Origin: Chlorobiota bacterium
GTDB lineage: Bacteria; Bacteroidota; Bacteroidia; Bacteroidales; F082
NCBI GenBank assembly: GCA_013151505.1
Contig: JAADID010000175.1
Location: forward strand, 1 to 46,081
DNA length: 46,081 nucleotides
Direction of reading: 5' to 3'
The notes under the pieces: model-generated
Told to the model about the DNA's origin: nothing
Database searches by the model: none
The model's input: only the letters and a program-made list of their open reading frames with translations
Program-made: the position numbers and the translations under genes
Part shown: positions 1 through 9,531 of the stretch, one piece after another
How positions within the stretch are numbered: the first letter of the stretch is position 1
Layout of the letters: the number at the start of each line of letters is the position of its first letter

Positions 1-137
1 TTTATTTTTGGTAGTCTTGGGATGGATTATAATTTCATGATTTTTTCCGGTTTATAGGATATTTTCCGATTTTTTTCATTACAAAAAATATATTGCATCC
101 GTCAGATGACAGACGCAGCAAATTCCGATCGTTTAAG

Positions 138-153
138 TGGCATGGTAATTGAA
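138..153 (+). promoter_or_regulatory. Possible sigma-54 promoter variant (TGGCATGGTAATTGAA; GG-N10-GA instead of GC)
   Basis: Correct -24/-12 spacing about 50 bp upstream of ATG 205, but the -12 element is non-consensus. Confidence 0.3.
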
Positions 154-204
154 GATTTCAGACTTAATTAAAATCTCATTTATATTAAACCCAACCTTAG
201 CATC

Positions 205-792
205 ATGAAAATTCTTCCGATATCTATTTTATCAATTATAATATTCACCTTAATATCATGCAATAAAGCTGATGATTCTTCAAATGATGGTTACAAGGGA
301 TATTTCCCAAACTCAATCGGACTTCAATGGCAATACGAAAGGTATGACAGCTTAAAAAATATTACGGATACAATAAATGTAACAATAATTAGTGATACTG
401 TAATATCAGGAAAAACCTATATGATCTGGGATTATGATTACAACAGCAGTACAGAGAGATTTTATGTTTTGCAAAATAGTGATTCAATAAAAATTTTTAA
501 ATCATCAATTAGCCGCATTGACCAGTTGTATATTGTCCCGTTTCACTTGTATGATAATTGGATTAATACTGATTATAGTTTCGATTCAAGTTTTGTTTCA
601 GCAATTCAGGATATTACAATAAACAATGCAAAATATAAAGATGTGAGTTTGATTGAGCGGTACAGGTTTGCTCTTAATGATTATTTAATTGAAAGAATAT
701 GGTTTAAACCATATTTCGGCATAATAAAGAAAGATATAAAACATAATATATTAGGGCCATACAGGAATGAAACCTGGGAATTAATAGAGTGA
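205..792 (+). CDS. Hypothetical lipoprotein
   Basis: 195 aa ORF; hydrophobic N-terminus ending in lipobox-like LISC; AT-rich. Confidence 0.75.
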   Translation: MKILPISILSIIIFTLISCNKADDSSNDGYKGYFPNSIGLQWQYERYDSLKNITDTINVTIISDTVISGKTYMIWDYDYNSSTERFYVLQNSDSIKIFKSSISRIDQLYIVPFHLYDNWINTDYSFDSSFVSAIQDITINNAKYKDVSLIERYRFALNDYLIERIWFKPYFGIIKKDIKHNILGPYRNETWELIE

Positions 793-894
793 TATTAAAA
801 AAAATTACACCACCTAACATAAGAGAATTCAAGCCGTTTTAAGGAATCCGTTTTTACCTGCAATTTCAACCCGTTAATTTTTGAATATCCGGCA

Positions 895-958
895 AATCGG
901 CTTATATTTACACGATAATTAATCATTCACGATTGTTTTCAGACAAACTGCCGTTGGC
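895..958 (+). repeat. 64-bp direct repeat, copy 1 (3' part of an attC-like element, ends GCCGTTGGC)
   Basis: 60/64 identical to 1539-1602 by manual alignment. Confidence 0.9.
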
Positions 959-982
959 AGCAAGCAAAAAAATGGAAAAAGA

Positions 983-1384
983 ATGGATGAAAAATCAACT
1001 TCCGTTAGAAAAGATTCTGAACCACCGGTTGCTGCGGAAAAATGGGGTTGGAAATACCATCATATCGGAATTCCGACATCTGAAAAAAAACCGAATGAGA
1101 CATATATCCCGCACTTAAAGTTTTATGTTTCCGGATTCGAGAAAAGTCCTTTTGGAATTGAATGGATGCGGTTTGAGAAGGATAGTCCAATACACGAATT
1201 AATACAGAGAATTCCTCATGTAGCATTTGAAGTGGAAAATCTTGATTTTGAATTATCTAACCGGAATTTGAATATATTAACAAAACCCAATTCTCCTTCA
1301 AAAGGAATAAAAGTCGCTATGATTGAACATAATGGGGCACCTGTTGAATTGATAGAATTTGAAAAGAAAGATGCCAGTGGCTAA
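983..1384 (+). CDS. VOC/glyoxalase-superfamily protein
   Basis: YHHIGIP, PHVAFEVENL and GAPVELIE motifs. Confidence 0.8.
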   Translation: MDEKSTSVRKDSEPPVAAEKWGWKYHHIGIPTSEKKPNETYIPHLKFYVSGFEKSPFGIEWMRFEKDSPIHELIQRIPHVAFEVENLDFELSNRNLNILTKPNSPSKGIKVAMIEHNGAPVELIEFEKKDASG

Positions 1385-1538
1385 CCTATTGGAATTAAAA
1401 CCCGGTAGAGCCCAAAACCAGGCAGCAGATTAAAGAAAAAACCGTTGCCTGTTTTTTTATTGTTTGTCCGTACAGGACCGGCGTTCAATCGGGTTTTAAA
1501 TTATGCCCGCCCGCCTCCGTCAACCGGCGGATTGGGCT

Positions 1539-1602
1539 AATCGGCTTATATTTACACGGAAATTAATCATTCACGATGGTTTTCAGACAGACTGCCGTTG
1601 GC
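1539..1602 (+). repeat. 64-bp direct repeat, copy 2
   Basis: 60/64 identical to 895-958. Confidence 0.9.
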
Positions 1603-1627
1603 CGTAATTAAAAACAAAAACAATTAT

Positions 1628-1738
1628 TATCAAATACTGTTGTTTGTATCTTGTTAATATTTATATTTGTGATTTGATAGATACATATAGCAAGTGATTA
1701 TTGTTTTGTGTATCTTTGCAGTCACAATAAATGTGACT
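1628..1738 (+). promoter_or_regulatory. abiE promoter/operator region with TAnnTTTG boxes and inverted repeats
   Basis: TATATTTG 1662-1669 and TATCTTTG 1711-1718; TGTATCT/AGATACA/TGTATCT at 1645, 1679 and 1709; AGTCACA-N5-TGTGACT at 1720-1738. Confidence 0.55.
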
Positions 1739-1763
1739 ATGAAGATAATAATAGCAATTTTAT

Positions 1764-2570
1764 ATGAAATTAGAATGGGACATAATTAAGAGATTTTCTC
1801 AAAATGATACACCATGTTTCTCTACAAATGATGTAAGAGAAGAATTCGACAATGTCAGTGCATCGCACTTAAACAATACTCTAATGCGAATGGTAAAGAA
1901 CAACATGCTTATTCGTCTTAACAGAGGGTTGTATTATATCGTGCCTCTTGAACATAATAGTTCAAAGTTTATACCCAACTGGCATTTGGTGGCTAAGTAC
2001 TTGCTGCAAAATAAAAACTATTACATCGGTTATTACTCTGCACTTCAAATACACAAACTAATAACTCAACCTAGTTTGACTGAAATTGTAGTGACTGAAA
2101 TTCAAATGAAGCCAAGTAACATTGAAATTCAAGGTGTCAGATTTCAGTTTGTTTATCATAAAAAAGAGCGATTCTTTGGAATAAAAAATACTTGGATTGA
2201 TAATTACAATAAGGTAAAATGTAGTGACTTAGAAAAGACCTTGGTAGATTCATTTATTAACCCACATTACAGTAATGGAATGGTTGAGATAGCCAAAGCA
2301 GTCTATGAAGCCCGGAACAAAATTGATCAGGGTAAAATAATGGACTACTTTACCAGATCTGGTAGTAAAATTGCGGCAAGAAGGTATGTTTTCATTTGTG
2401 ACCTTTTAGAAATAAGTTCATCATATCATGAAAGTTTACTACAAAACAACCTGACAGGATCGTTTCTTCGTTTGGATACATCGGCACCAGATGAAGGGAA
2501 AATCAACACAAAATATGAACTGAAAATTAATCGTGACATAAACACGATAAAAGAAGCAATTTATACATGA
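1764..2570 (+). CDS. abiEi: Type IV toxin-antitoxin AbiEi-family antitoxin
   Basis: N-terminal wHTH (LIRLNRGLY), YIGYYSAL..H and SDLEKTLVD motifs; ATGA overlap with the toxin gene. Confidence 0.85.
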   Translation: MKLEWDIIKRFSQNDTPCFSTNDVREEFDNVSASHLNNTLMRMVKNNMLIRLNRGLYYIVPLEHNSSKFIPNWHLVAKYLLQNKNYYIGYYSALQIHKLITQPSLTEIVVTEIQMKPSNIEIQGVRFQFVYHKKERFFGIKNTWIDNYNKVKCSDLEKTLVDSFINPHYSNGMVEIAKAVYEARNKIDQGKIMDYFTRSGSKIAARRYVFICDLLEISSSYHESLLQNNLTGSFLRLDTSAPDEGKINTKYELKINRDINTIKEAIYT

Positions 2571-3391
2571 TTAAACCTGGAGAAATAGATAAGATTGCCA
2601 TCGAAAAGGGGGTAAGGGCTAAACAAATAGAAAAAGATTATGTAATCTCATGGATTCTTTGGGGAATTGTACGAAATGGGTTCTTAAATAATAACTTAAT
2701 ATTTAAGGGTGGTACATGCTTAAAGAAAATGCACTTTGGCGATTATAGATTCTCTGAAGATATGGATTTTACGCTTCGGGATGATAGTATGTCTGATGAA
2801 GATATTTTAGAGAATTTCCGGAGTGTTTTCAAGCAAGTATATGAAGAGTCAAGGATAAAAGTCCAAATAATCGAAGATACCATTGACAATCATGAGACCT
2901 CTGGCAGTCTTAAATTTAAGATGGAATATGTTGCCACTCACGGGTCGGACGAAATAAAAGTTGATGTCACGAGAGGTGAAATAATTGAGTTTGATATAGA
3001 GCATCGAGAAGTACTCAACAACTATAGTGATCTTATTAAAGAAGAAACACAAATACATTGCTACTCTCTTGAAGAAATTTTAATCGAAAAAGCAACTGCA
3101 TTGATGGGGAGAACAATTCCACGTGATCTATACGATTTTTACTACTTAACTGAGAAAGCAGGAATTAAACTTCGGGATGTTTATATCGAATTTATGCGTA
3201 AAGCCGAAAATAAAGGACATAACCCTAATGAGTTCATGGAGAAGGTTATTCCGAAAATGAAAACATTTGCCAGAGACTGGAATACCAGTATGAGCAAACA
3301 GATGATTGAAAATGAGCTGCCTGATTTTAAAAACCTCTGGAGGAAATCACAAGTTCATTTTAAAGAACTATTGAGACTGGTCGGTCACTGA
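2567..3391 (+). CDS. abiEii: AbiEii/AbiGii-family nucleotidyltransferase toxin
   Basis: IEKDY, FKGGT-LKK, YRFSEDMDF and RDLYD motifs. Confidence 0.9.
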   Translation: MIKPGEIDKIAIEKGVRAKQIEKDYVISWILWGIVRNGFLNNNLIFKGGTCLKKMHFGDYRFSEDMDFTLRDDSMSDEDILENFRSVFKQVYEESRIKVQIIEDTIDNHETSGSLKFKMEYVATHGSDEIKVDVTRGEIIEFDIEHREVLNNYSDLIKEETQIHCYSLEEILIEKATALMGRTIPRDLYDFYYLTEKAGIKLRDVYIEFMRKAENKGHNPNEFMEKVIPKMKTFARDWNTSMSKQMIENELPDFKNLWRKSQVHFKELLRLVGH

Positions 3392-3522
3392 TTAAGTTTA
3401 GATTACACTAACTCACAAAGACAACAAATGCCGGCAATCAGTGTTCCGAAGGCCGGAACAGCCTGTCACGGTTTTTTACGGGAAGTCAAAATCTGAATCT
3501 GGTGTTAACGCCGGGAAACCGT

Positions 3523-3628
3523 AAACTTTAAACATCAGACTTTAAACTCAAAACTCCCCTGCCCGCCGAAGCAGAGCGCAGGAGGGAAACTCCAAACTCA
3601 AGACTCCAGACTCAAGACTCCAAACTCT
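3523..3628. repeat. Degenerate heptamer tandem array (A[AG]ACTCM-like, 5+6 units) interrupted by a GC-rich REP-like hairpin (3558-3586)
   Basis: Units read directly: aaacttt aaacatc agacttt aaactca aaactcc [cctgcccgccgaagcagagcgcaggaggg] aaactcc aaactca agactcc agactca agactcc aaactct. Confidence 0.8.
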
Positions 3629-3630
3629 CC

Positions 3631-5418
3631 CTACATCCTGTCCGGTACTTCAATTCCCAGCAGCCCCATGGCCGATTTAATGGTATTGCCGGTAAATGTC
3701 GAAAGCCCGATCCGGAAATTCCGCTTCGTCAGGTCAGGTTCCTTCAAGATCGGGTAATCATGATAAAACTGGTTGTATTCTTTGGCCAGCTCATAAGCAA
3801 AATTGGCTATCAGCGCCGGGCTCATGCCGGATGCAGCCTGGTTTACGACAGCAGGATATTCGTGAAGCAGTTTCAACAGGGACCTTTCTTTGGGCTCAAG
3901 ACCGGGAACCGGTTCGGTTGCCTGCGCGTATTTTATCCCCTGCTCCGCCCCTTTTCGCAATACCGACCGGATGCGTGCATGCGTATATTGAATGAAAGTC
4001 CCCGTATTCCCGTTGAAATCAATGGATTCTTCCGGATTAAAGGTCATGTTCTTTTTGGGGTCCACTTTCAGGATAAAATATTTCAAAGCGCCCAGGCCCA
4101 GTATCCGGTAAAGGTTCTTTGATTCTTCTTCGGTGAAATCATCAAACTTACCCAGCTCTTGCGTTGTCCTGCGTGCTGTTTCTTCCATTTCATCCATCAG
4201 GTCGTCGGCGTCCACCACGGTACCTTCGCGCGATTTCATTTTGCCATGGGGAAGCTCCACCATGCCGTAATTCAAATGGTGAATATTGTCAGCCCATTTG
4301 CGCCCCAGCTTTTTCAGAATCCGCTTCAAGACGTCAAAATGATAGTTTTGTTCGTTACCTACCACATAGATCAATTCCGAAGGATGGTAATCGTCATATC
4401 GTAACTGGGCTGTTCCCAGGTCCTGCGTCATGTAAACCGATGTGCCGTCGGCACGCAGCAGAAGCTTTTCATCCAGTCCCTCATCCGACAAGTCGCACCA
4501 CACCGAACCGTCTTCTTTTTTATAAAAGACACCCTTCTCCAGCCCTTCGTTGACGATTTCCTTCCCAAGCAGGTAAGTATCTGATTCGTAGTATATTTTA
4601 TCAAAACCGATCCCCAGCCGTTTGTACGTTACCTCGAAGCCGTCATAAACCCAGCCGTTCATCTCATGCCAGAGCTTTCGGACTTCCTCATCACCTTCCT
4701 CCCATTTCTTCAACATGGCTTTCGCTTCTTTTATCAGCGGCGCCTGTTGGACTGCTTCATCTTTGTCAACACCCTGTGCAATCAGTTCCTCAACTTCTTT
4801 TTTGTAGTGCTTGTCAAACAGCACGTAAAAATCACCAACCAGTTTATCGCCTTTAATGTTTTCTTTTTCGGGTGTTTTTCCGTTACCCCATTTTTGCCAT
4901 GCCAGCATGGATTTGCAGATGTGAATACCCCGGTCATTCACCAGGTTGACTTTTACCACATTCCTGCCCCCCGCTTTCAGTATCTCCGAAACTGCCCAGC
5001 CCAACAGGTTGTTGCGTATATGCCCGAGATGAAGGGGCTTATTCGTATTTGGTGAGGAAAATTCAATGACTGCGGGGTCACCTGTTTGCTGCCGCTGTTT
5101 TCCGAAATTTTCGTCAACAACATTTCCGTCAAAAAACGATAGCCAGTAAGCATCCGAAACAACCAGGTTCAGAAACCCTTTGACCACATTGTATCCGGAT
5201 ATCTCTTTCAGATGTTCTTTCAGATATTTACCGATATCCCCGGCTGTTTGTTCAGGGCTTTTTTTTGAGAATCTTAACAATGGAAATACCACCACGGTGA
5301 GGTCGCCCTCAAATTCGGGACGGGTTTTTTGCACCTGGACCAGCGTATCATCAATTTGCTGACCGTACAATTGATGAAAGCCTTCTTTGAGCTTTTCTGT
5401 TAATATCTGTTCAATCAT
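3631..5418 (-). CDS. argS: Arginine--tRNA ligase
   Basis: SSPNTNKPLHLGHIRN (HIGH), GKMKSREG, DALR-type C-terminus ending PDRM. Confidence 0.98.
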   Translation of the reverse strand: MIEQILTEKLKEGFHQLYGQQIDDTLVQVQKTRPEFEGDLTVVVFPLLRFSKKSPEQTAGDIGKYLKEHLKEISGYNVVKGFLNLVVSDAYWLSFFDGNVVDENFGKQRQQTGDPAVIEFSSPNTNKPLHLGHIRNNLLGWAVSEILKAGGRNVVKVNLVNDRGIHICKSMLAWQKWGNGKTPEKENIKGDKLVGDFYVLFDKHYKKEVEELIAQGVDKDEAVQQAPLIKEAKAMLKKWEEGDEEVRKLWHEMNGWVYDGFEVTYKRLGIGFDKIYYESDTYLLGKEIVNEGLEKGVFYKKEDGSVWCDLSDEGLDEKLLLRADGTSVYMTQDLGTAQLRYDDYHPSELIYVVGNEQNYHFDVLKRILKKLGRKWADNIHHLNYGMVELPHGKMKSREGTVVDADDLMDEMEETARRTTQELGKFDDFTEEESKNLYRILGLGALKYFILKVDPKKNMTFNPEESIDFNGNTGTFIQYTHARIRSVLRKGAEQGIKYAQATEPVPGLEPKERSLLKLLHEYPAVVNQAASGMSPALIANFAYELAKEYNQFYHDYPILKEPDLTKRNFRIGLSTFTGNTIKSAMGLLGIEVPDRM

Positions 5419-5569
5419 TGCTTAAAGTTCGCGCAAAAATAATGAATTCGCAGAGCCAATAACGGACTTCCGTAAAAATGAAAATAAATCCGGTAAATGA
5501 CCTGATAATTTGCAGGAGATATTAAATTTGTGGGTTTTTTAAGTATTAACTTTATTAACCATATACTCC

Positions 5570-6907
5570 ATGAAGAAAAACGTAATCATTATCGGCGCCG
5601 CCGGAAGGGATTTCCACAATTTTAATACATACTACCGTGGAAACGAGAATTACAATGTTGTGGCATTTACCGCTGCCCAGATACCTGATATTGACGGAAG
5701 AAAATATCCTGCCGAGCTGGCCGGGGACCTGTATCCCGACGGGATACCCATTTACGAAGAAGCCCGTTTGCCCGGGCTTATCAAAGACCTTGACGTGGAC
5801 GATTGTGTTTTCGCTTACAGCGATGTGCCTTATCAAAGGGTCATGGGTGTTTCGGCCATTGTCAATGCTGCCGGGGCAAACTTTATCCTTCTGGGACCGA
5901 GGGATACGATGATCAAAAGTACCAAACCGGTGATTGCCGTCGGAGCTGTCAGGACGGGTTGCGGAAAAAGCCAGACATCCAGGAAGGTGATCGAATACCT
6001 GATGGCCAAAGGATTAAAAGTGGTTGCCGTCCGTCACCCCATGCCTTACGGTGACCTGGTCGCACAAAAGGTGCAGCGCTTTGCCACCATTGACGACCTT
6101 GCCAAAAACAAATGTACGATTGAAGAAATGGAAGAATACGAACCGCATATTGTGCGCGGTAACGTGATTTATGCAGGCGTGGACTATGAAGCCATATTGC
6201 GTGCTGCGGAGCAGGACCCTGACGGCTGTGATGTGATCCTGTGGGATGGCGGCAACAATGATTTTCCGTTTTACAAACCCGACCTGAACATCACGGTTGT
6301 TGACCCGCACCGTCCGGGCCACGAACTGAAATATTATCCCGGGGAGGTTACACTCCGCCTGGCTGATGTCGTCATCATCAACAAGATGGACAGTGCGGCT
6401 CCGGAATCCATACAGACCGTCCGGGAGAACATTGCCAAAGTGGCTCCTGATGCCGTTGTAATTGACGGGGCATCGCCCATTAAGGTGGACGACCCTTCAG
6501 TGATCAAAGGCAAAAGGGTATTGGTTGTGGAAGACGGCCCGACACTCACTCACGGCGAAATGAAAATTGGCGCCGGAACGGTTGCAGCTCAAAAATTCGG
6601 CGCTGCCGAGTTGATTGACCCGAGGCCTTTTGTTGTGGGAAAACTTGCCGAGACTTTCGAGATTTATCCGAATATCGGTACATTGCTTCCCGCCATGGGT
6701 TACAGCAAGCAACAATTGCATGACCTTGAAGCTACGATCAACAACACTGATTGTGATTCGGTGGTTATCGGCACTCCCATTGACCTGAACAGGATTGTCA
6801 AGATCAAAAAACCCAATACACGTGTTTATTATGACCTTCAGGAAATCGGTTACCCCGACCTGCAAGGCGTGCTGAATGATTTTGTTAAAGAACACCATTT
6901 GGCGTAA
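5570..6907 (+). CDS. arcE: Probable arginine synthetase ArcE (often annotated cyclic 2,3-diphosphoglycerate synthetase-like / GTPase)
   Basis: GAAGRDFHNFN N-terminus, P-loop RTGCGKSQT, WDGGNND, VEDGPTLTHG, PAMGY; family assignment from memory. Confidence 0.75.
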   Translation: MKKNVIIIGAAGRDFHNFNTYYRGNENYNVVAFTAAQIPDIDGRKYPAELAGDLYPDGIPIYEEARLPGLIKDLDVDDCVFAYSDVPYQRVMGVSAIVNAAGANFILLGPRDTMIKSTKPVIAVGAVRTGCGKSQTSRKVIEYLMAKGLKVVAVRHPMPYGDLVAQKVQRFATIDDLAKNKCTIEEMEEYEPHIVRGNVIYAGVDYEAILRAAEQDPDGCDVILWDGGNNDFPFYKPDLNITVVDPHRPGHELKYYPGEVTLRLADVVIINKMDSAAPESIQTVRENIAKVAPDAVVIDGASPIKVDDPSVIKGKRVLVVEDGPTLTHGEMKIGAGTVAAQKFGAAELIDPRPFVVGKLAETFEIYPNIGTLLPAMGYSKQQLHDLEATINNTDCDSVVIGTPIDLNRIVKIKKPNTRVYYDLQEIGYPDLQGVLNDFVKEHHLA

Positions 6908-6916
6908 CAGGCAGTA

Positions 6917-8728
6917 TTATAATTTTTTTTCGATGGCCTCCCCTTTCCGGGAGGTCATTTTTTTAAGCAAATCCCAAATCGAAAAAGAATCGAATTTGAT
7001 CAGGCGCTGGCTGATCAGTTTGTGTACCACTTTGCGTTCAATCCAATGGTGGAACGGCAATAATATGGCGATCAAACCGATCTTGATCAACAAGATTTTC
7101 CAGGGCTCGCCGTGTGTGAGGTGGTGAATTTTTTGATCTGCCAGCAAGATGATAAATTCAAAAAGGAAAATAAAGGAAATAAATCCCAGCGCCTGGATCA
7201 CCCACCTTGGTACTTTAAAACTTCCTAACAAGATCAGGATCACAAATATGCTCAGAATCGCAACAACGATCGCCGTATATTGAAGGTTATGCCTCCGCTG
7301 CGTTTCCAGTCGTTCACGCTTTTCGGCAAGAGCCTGTTGCTGTGCCTCGTGGTTGATCTCAAGCCTGATGAGCTTATCTTTTCCGGCAAGCCGGTTGATG
7401 CTGTCATTCAGTTTTCTGTTAAGATTTGAATAATAATAAGCCTGCCTGAACTTTTCTTCGCCGGCAAAAAGTTTTTCAAGCAACAAGGAGGCATCCAGCA
7501 TAAATTTCAAATAATTGGCTTCTCTGGCCAAAAGATAAGCGTGTTCAAGTTTTCGGATGGCAGTTTTGTCGTCTCCTGACCTGATCAGGAATTGTCCGAA
7601 ACGAAGATAAAAATTGGATTGCAGGATTTTGTTTGAATTATCTGATATATATTTCTCCGCTTCGGTAAAATAAAAGTCAGCCGAATCCGCTTTTCCTTCG
7701 TACTCATTGAAATACGCTTTTAGCCTGTAATAAAATGATGGTGAATTGAGCTTTAATTTGTGAAACTCTTCCGGGTACTGATCCATATAAAACTGTTTCA
7801 ATAAATCCATCCGGTTCAGTTTTGTCAAAACAGAGCGGTAAAGGGAAAATTCGTAATCTCTTAGTTTGGAATTATCATGACGTTTGGCAAAGGCAAGCAC
7901 CCTGCTTACTTCAGGCTCGTTTACTATTGTTTTGTCCGAGCTTAGATTGATTACCTGAAGGTCGTAGCTTATCCACATCAGGGCCAGTGAATCCACCGGT
8001 TTTGTCTTGATTAACATACTCTGCTGAAGCAGTTTGTAAGTCGCCGCCTTTTGAAACAACCTGTTGGCCAGATAAAAGCCGGAAAGTTCCGAGTAGCATT
8101 CCGTCAGCAAACCGTCATCTTGCGATTGCCTGGCCAGTTTGGTTGCCTGCAGATAATTCCTGAATGCCTCGACCTTGCGGTTGTTTCTCTCAAGTATTTT
8201 ACCGATCATTAAATAACTTTCAATAAGACCGGCATCGTTATTCATATCAGAGGCCAATGTTAACGATTTGTATGCCGAGCCCAGCGCTTTATCATAATCA
8301 TTACCCCACATATAAACCTGTGCGAGGTTCAGCGCGCATTTCCATTGCCACGAAATATTTGAAACCGTGCTGCTTATCTGTTCAGCAGCCAAAGCATAAT
8401 CCAACGCCTTTGCCTGGTTGGCGAGCAGGTCAATGTTCTCGATATAACTGTTGTAAGCCATCAGGATAAGACCGGGCCTGAAGGTTGAAGTGGCCAGCTC
8501 AACTGCCCTTTTCCCAATACTGTCAACTTTACGGTTGTCATTCTTAATACGGTTGTAAAATGCAACCTGATCGCATAATTCCGCAACACGAAGGCTATCC
8601 CGGTCGGTTGAATGGGGTTGCTTCAAATCTATTTCCGGCTCTTCTCCGGTAAAAGCAAATAATCCGGTTAACGGGGAAAAAAGTAATAAGATACAGACTC
8701 TCCAGTGTTTATGAGTTATTTTTAGCAT
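6917..8728 (-). CDS. TPR-like exported-domain membrane protein with three C-terminal TM helices
   Basis: Signal peptide, helical TPR-like repeats, coiled coil, three hydrophobic segments; no kinase motif. Confidence 0.75.
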   Translation of the reverse strand: MLKITHKHWRVCILLLFSPLTGLFAFTGEEPEIDLKQPHSTDRDSLRVAELCDQVAFYNRIKNDNRKVDSIGKRAVELATSTFRPGLILMAYNSYIENIDLLANQAKALDYALAAEQISSTVSNISWQWKCALNLAQVYMWGNDYDKALGSAYKSLTLASDMNNDAGLIESYLMIGKILERNNRKVEAFRNYLQATKLARQSQDDGLLTECYSELSGFYLANRLFQKAATYKLLQQSMLIKTKPVDSLALMWISYDLQVINLSSDKTIVNEPEVSRVLAFAKRHDNSKLRDYEFSLYRSVLTKLNRMDLLKQFYMDQYPEEFHKLKLNSPSFYYRLKAYFNEYEGKADSADFYFTEAEKYISDNSNKILQSNFYLRFGQFLIRSGDDKTAIRKLEHAYLLAREANYLKFMLDASLLLEKLFAGEEKFRQAYYYSNLNRKLNDSINRLAGKDKLIRLEINHEAQQQALAEKRERLETQRRHNLQYTAIVVAILSIFVILILLGSFKVPRWVIQALGFISFIFLFEFIILLADQKIHHLTHGEPWKILLIKIGLIAILLPFHHWIERKVVHKLISQRLIKFDSFSIWDLLKKMTSRKGEAIEKKL

Positions 8729-8862
8729 AAAAATACAGTTCCATCATTACAAAATATGATGTTTGGACGGTGAAAGTAATTAAAAAACATTCTAAATAAC
8801 AAAATTATACTTACTTTGCGCCCTGTATTTTAAAACTCATTAATCACTAATAACTTAATATC

Positions 8863-9300
8863 ATGAACTACAACATACTCAGAAAACCGTTATTCACCTT
8901 TACCGCCGGTATTTTTTTCGGAATATCGCTTATCTCTTTTTATGCATTTATGAACAAAAGTGCGGTGCCTCAAACGGGTCAGATTGTAAAGGTGGATATA
9001 ACTTCCGCTGCCAAACTAACCAAAAATTACAAAGCCGCGGCAAAACCCATGGACGAAGTACTTAACGGATTTACCGTCAATACATACCAACTTGAAGCCA
9101 TGAACAGGCTGTTGAAAGAAAACCCTGCTGCTGCCGGTTTCAGAATTTATTTGGGCCTAACACCCGAAGGGGCAAAAAAAAGTATTGTGGTCGGAATTGA
9201 CTCCAATGGCACGGATGCCACGTCAGGAACAAAGTACAAAACTTCTGTGAGAAATTCGGGTCCTTGTCCGACAGTGTGCGACAGCAGCAGTCCTTTTTAA
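8863..9300 (+). CDS. Hypothetical exported protein with C-terminal PCPxxC motif
   Basis: N-terminal hydrophobic segment; GFRIYLG, VVGIDSNGTD and GPCPTVC motifs. Confidence 0.75.
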   Translation: MNYNILRKPLFTFTAGIFFGISLISFYAFMNKSAVPQTGQIVKVDITSAAKLTKNYKAAAKPMDEVLNGFTVNTYQLEAMNRLLKENPAAAGFRIYLGLTPEGAKKSIVVGIDSNGTDATSGTKYKTSVRNSGPCPTVCDSSSPF

Positions 9301-9531
9301 AAAATGTTGATGCCCGAATCTCAATATAATTTTTCAGTTAGCCCGATTCGCGAATATTGCATATATCCGCTGGCAATGATTACAAAAACGGAAACGGCGG
9401 GGCGGGAACATACCGGCGGTAGTTTTTTTTCCAAAATGTTGAAAAAAAATAAATTAACTTTAATTAACGGTCGTACCTATATAAATAATAGGTATCTTTG
9501 CCGCATTAATTATTAACAATAAATTTTATCA

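Noticed and set aside
895..1602. CRISPR array from the 64-bp repeats
   Set aside because: Only two copies, too long, separated by a whole gene; no cas genes
3696..5362. Plus-strand ORFs within argS, and similar short ORFs overlapping arcE, the cytochromes and mscS
   Set aside because: Antisense or alternate-frame shadows of well-supported genes, with no motifs
9304..9516. 70-aa ORF upstream of cspA
   Set aside because: No recognisable features; runs through the cspA promoter box
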